Virus record (IMG/VR): IMGVR_UViG_2778261572_000014 | Reading direction: 5' to 3' (one strand) | Source: a virus | Taxonomy: Duplodnaviria; Heunggongvirae; Uroviricota; Caudoviricetes | DNA length: 24,652 bases | In this document: piece after piece, positions 22,904 through 24,652 of the stretch | How the letters are laid out: each line of letters opens with the position of its first letter | Position numbering within the stretch: position 1 is the stretch's first letter | Notes under the pieces: generated by a model | Database searches by the model: none | What the model was told of the DNA's origin: nothing | Seen by the model: the letters and a program-made list of their open reading frames with translations, nothing else | Position numbers and translations under genes: made by a program

Positions 22904-23504
22904 TTCGTTGTTACCACCATCAGCCAGCAATTTCATGCGTTGTGCCGAAGCCATCGGAACACGCATTACAGACATTCCGGTAGACCTCAACACGCTGTGG
23001 TCGCCGGATACCTGCCCGGTGCATCTGCTGCCTTATCTCGCCTGGGCATTTTCCGTTGACCGCTGGGATCGCAACTGGCCGGAAGAGACAAAGCGACAGG
23101 TGATTCGTGATGCATGGCTGATACACCGACACAAAGGGACCATCAGCGCACTGCGAAGAGCCGTGGAGCCTCTCGGCTACCTGATTGAAGTAAAGGAGTG
23201 GTGGCAACTCAACGAGGAGCCGGGAACATTTCGCATTGTTGTCGGAGTACTTGATCAGGGCATCACCGATGAAATGTATCAGGAACTTGAGCGCCTTATT
23301 GCGGATGCAAAACCAGTAAGTCGCCATCTGACGGGGCTGGCGATCAGCCTGAGTGTGAACGGAAAGATTTTCGTTGGTACGGGATGCTATCACGGCGATG
23401 CCCTGACGGTTTATCCCTACACCCCGGAGTCCATTATTGTCGAAGGGGATTATTTCCCTGCCCCGGCCATTCATTTAATTGATAATCTGAGAGTAAACGC
23501 ATGA
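22896..23504 (+). CDS. I: Baseplate/tail-fibre attachment protein, P2 gpI family
   Basis: ATG 22896 overlapping the J stop; the track start 22863 lies inside J. Conserved order before H. Confidence 0.8.
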   Translation: MSNSLLPPSASNFMRCAEAIGTRITDIPVDLNTLWSPDTCPVHLLPYLAWAFSVDRWDRNWPEETKRQVIRDAWLIHRHKGTISALRRAVEPLGYLIEVKEWWQLNEEPGTFRIVVGVLDQGITDEMYQELERLIADAKPVSRHLTGLAISLSVNGKIFVGTGCYHGDALTVYPYTPESIIVEGDYFPAPAIHLIDNLRVNA

Positions 23505-24652
23505 CAGTGAAATACTACGCCATTCTGACTAATCAGGGCGCGGCACGACTGGCTAACGCGACGATGCTCGGCAGTAAGCTGAATCTGACGCAAATGGCCG
23601 TTGGTGATGCAAATGGTGTGTTACCAACACCAGACCCTGCACAAACAAAACTGATTAACCAGAAACGCATTGCACCGCTGAATCTTCTGAGTGTTGACCC
23701 TAACAATCAGAGCCAGATTATTGCGGAGCAAATCATCCCTGAAAACGAGGGAGGATTCTGGATCCGTGAGATTGGTCTTTATGATGATGAAGGTGTACTC
23801 ATTGCGGTGGCAAACTGCCCGGAAACGTACAAACCGCAGTTGCAGGAAGGCAGTGGACGCACCCAGACTATCCGCATGATTCTGGTTGTCACGAACACCG
23901 AAGCCATCACGCTGAAAATCGACCCGTCTGTGGTTCTGGCAACCCGCAAATATGTGGATGATAAAATATCAGAGCACGAACAATCACGACGTCACCCGGA
24001 CGCCTCGCTGACCGTAAAAGGTTTTACTCAGTTAAGCAGTGCAATTAACAGTGAATCAGAAACACTGGCCGCAACACCGAAAGCGGTTAAGGCTGCATAT
24101 GACCTGGCTAACGGGAAATATACCGCCCAGAACGCCACCACTACACAAAAAGGGATTGTTCAGCTCAGTAGCGCCACGAACAGCACGTCTGAAACGCTGG
24201 CAGCGACACCAAAAGCTGTTAAGGCGGTAATGGATGAAACGAACAAGAAAGCACCATTAAACAGCCCGGCACTGACCGGAACGCCAACAACACCAACAGC
24301 GCCACAGGGGACTAATAGTACCCAGATCGCAAGCACGGCTTTCGTTATGGCCGCGATTGCCGCACTTGTAGACTCGTCACCTGATGCACTGAACACGCTG
24401 AACGAACTGGCTGCGGCGCTGGGCAATGACCCGAATTTTGCGACCACCATGACTAACGCGCTTGCGGGTAAGCAACCGAAGGATGCCACCCTGACGGCGC
24501 TGGCGGAGCTTGCTACATCAGCAGATAAACTCCCATATTTTACAGGGGCAGATCGTGCCGCGTTAACCGCGTTGACAAGTGTTGGACGTGCCATTCTTGG
24601 CAAAACCAGCACTCAGGGAGTTCTTGATTACCTTGGTTTGGGGGAAGGCTCT
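23501..24652 (+). CDS. H: Tail fibre protein, P2 gpH family (5' partial, continues beyond window)
   Basis: ATG 23501 overlapping the I stop; no stop before window end. GGFWIREIGLYDDEGVLIAVANCPETYKPQLQEGSGRTQT, EHEQSRRHPDASLTVKGFTQLSS and SETLAATPKAVKA repeats closely match remembered P2 H. Confidence 0.85.
   Translation, partial: MTVKYYAILTNQGAARLANATMLGSKLNLTQMAVGDANGVLPTPDPAQTKLINQKRIAPLNLLSVDPNNQSQIIAEQIIPENEGGFWIREIGLYDDEGVLIAVANCPETYKPQLQEGSGRTQTIRMILVVTNTEAITLKIDPSVVLATRKYVDDKISEHEQSRRHPDASLTVKGFTQLSSAINSESETLAATPKAVKAAYDLANGKYTAQNATTTQKGIVQLSSATNSTSETLAATPKAVKAVMDETNKKAPLNSPALTGTPTTPTAPQGTNSTQIASTAFVMAAIAALVDSSPDALNTLNELAAALGNDPNFATTMTNALAGKQPKDATLTALAELATSADKLPYFTGADRAALTALTSVGRAILGKTSTQGVLDYLGLGEGS
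24029..24226 (+). repeat. Internal direct repeat within H (two copies of QLSSA.NS.SETLAATPKAVKA, 132-nt period)
   Basis: Copy 1 starts near 24029 and copy 2 near 24161; both nucleotide and peptide repeat are visible. Confidence 0.4.

Larger units (their letters stand above)
511..24652. mobile_element. P2-family prophage, left part (int end through tail fibre H; right end beyond window)
   Basis: Colinear P2 gene order int-C-cox-early ORFs-A-cargo-Q-P-O-N-M-L-X-Y-K-lysB-lysC-R-S-V-W-J-I-H, with translations matching remembered P2 proteins. Left boundary is approximate, placed just beyond the int stop. Confidence 0.85.

Noticed and set aside
24160-24612. 150-aa minus-strand ORF
   Set aside because: Antisense to tail-fibre gene H; A/S/V-rich low-complexity translation.
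1-24652. CRISPR array, rRNA/tRNA genes, IS element or transposase
   Set aside because: No regularly spaced short repeats with unique spacers, no rRNA/tRNA-like structure that survives folding, and no transposase-like ORF or terminal inverted repeats were seen.

Overview
The window is the left ~24 kb of an integrated P2-family (Peduovirus-type) prophage, entered from chromosomal DNA at a chpS/mazE-type antitoxin gene. Order: chpS (-) | junction | integrase and C-type repressor (-) | C/cox switch | cox plus an unusually long early operon of about 11 small ORFs (+) | replication initiator A (+) | a cargo island in the position where P2 carries tin/old, here holding a plasmid-type ParM/ParR partition cassette with upstream iteron-like repeats and a PAPS-reductase-family PP-loop enzyme | non-coding region expected to contain cos | portal Q and large terminase P (-) | O, N, M, L, X, lysis cassette (holin, M15 endolysin, spanins), R, S, V, W, J, I and the 5' part of tail fibre H (+, runs off the window). 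No rRNA, tRNA, CRISPR array or transposase was found. The best candidate for something new is the 9.2-11.7 kb cargo island; secondary points are the expanded early region with a 320-bp structured non-coding island and a small membrane peptide. All homology calls are from reading the translations against remembered family sequences; no database search was run.
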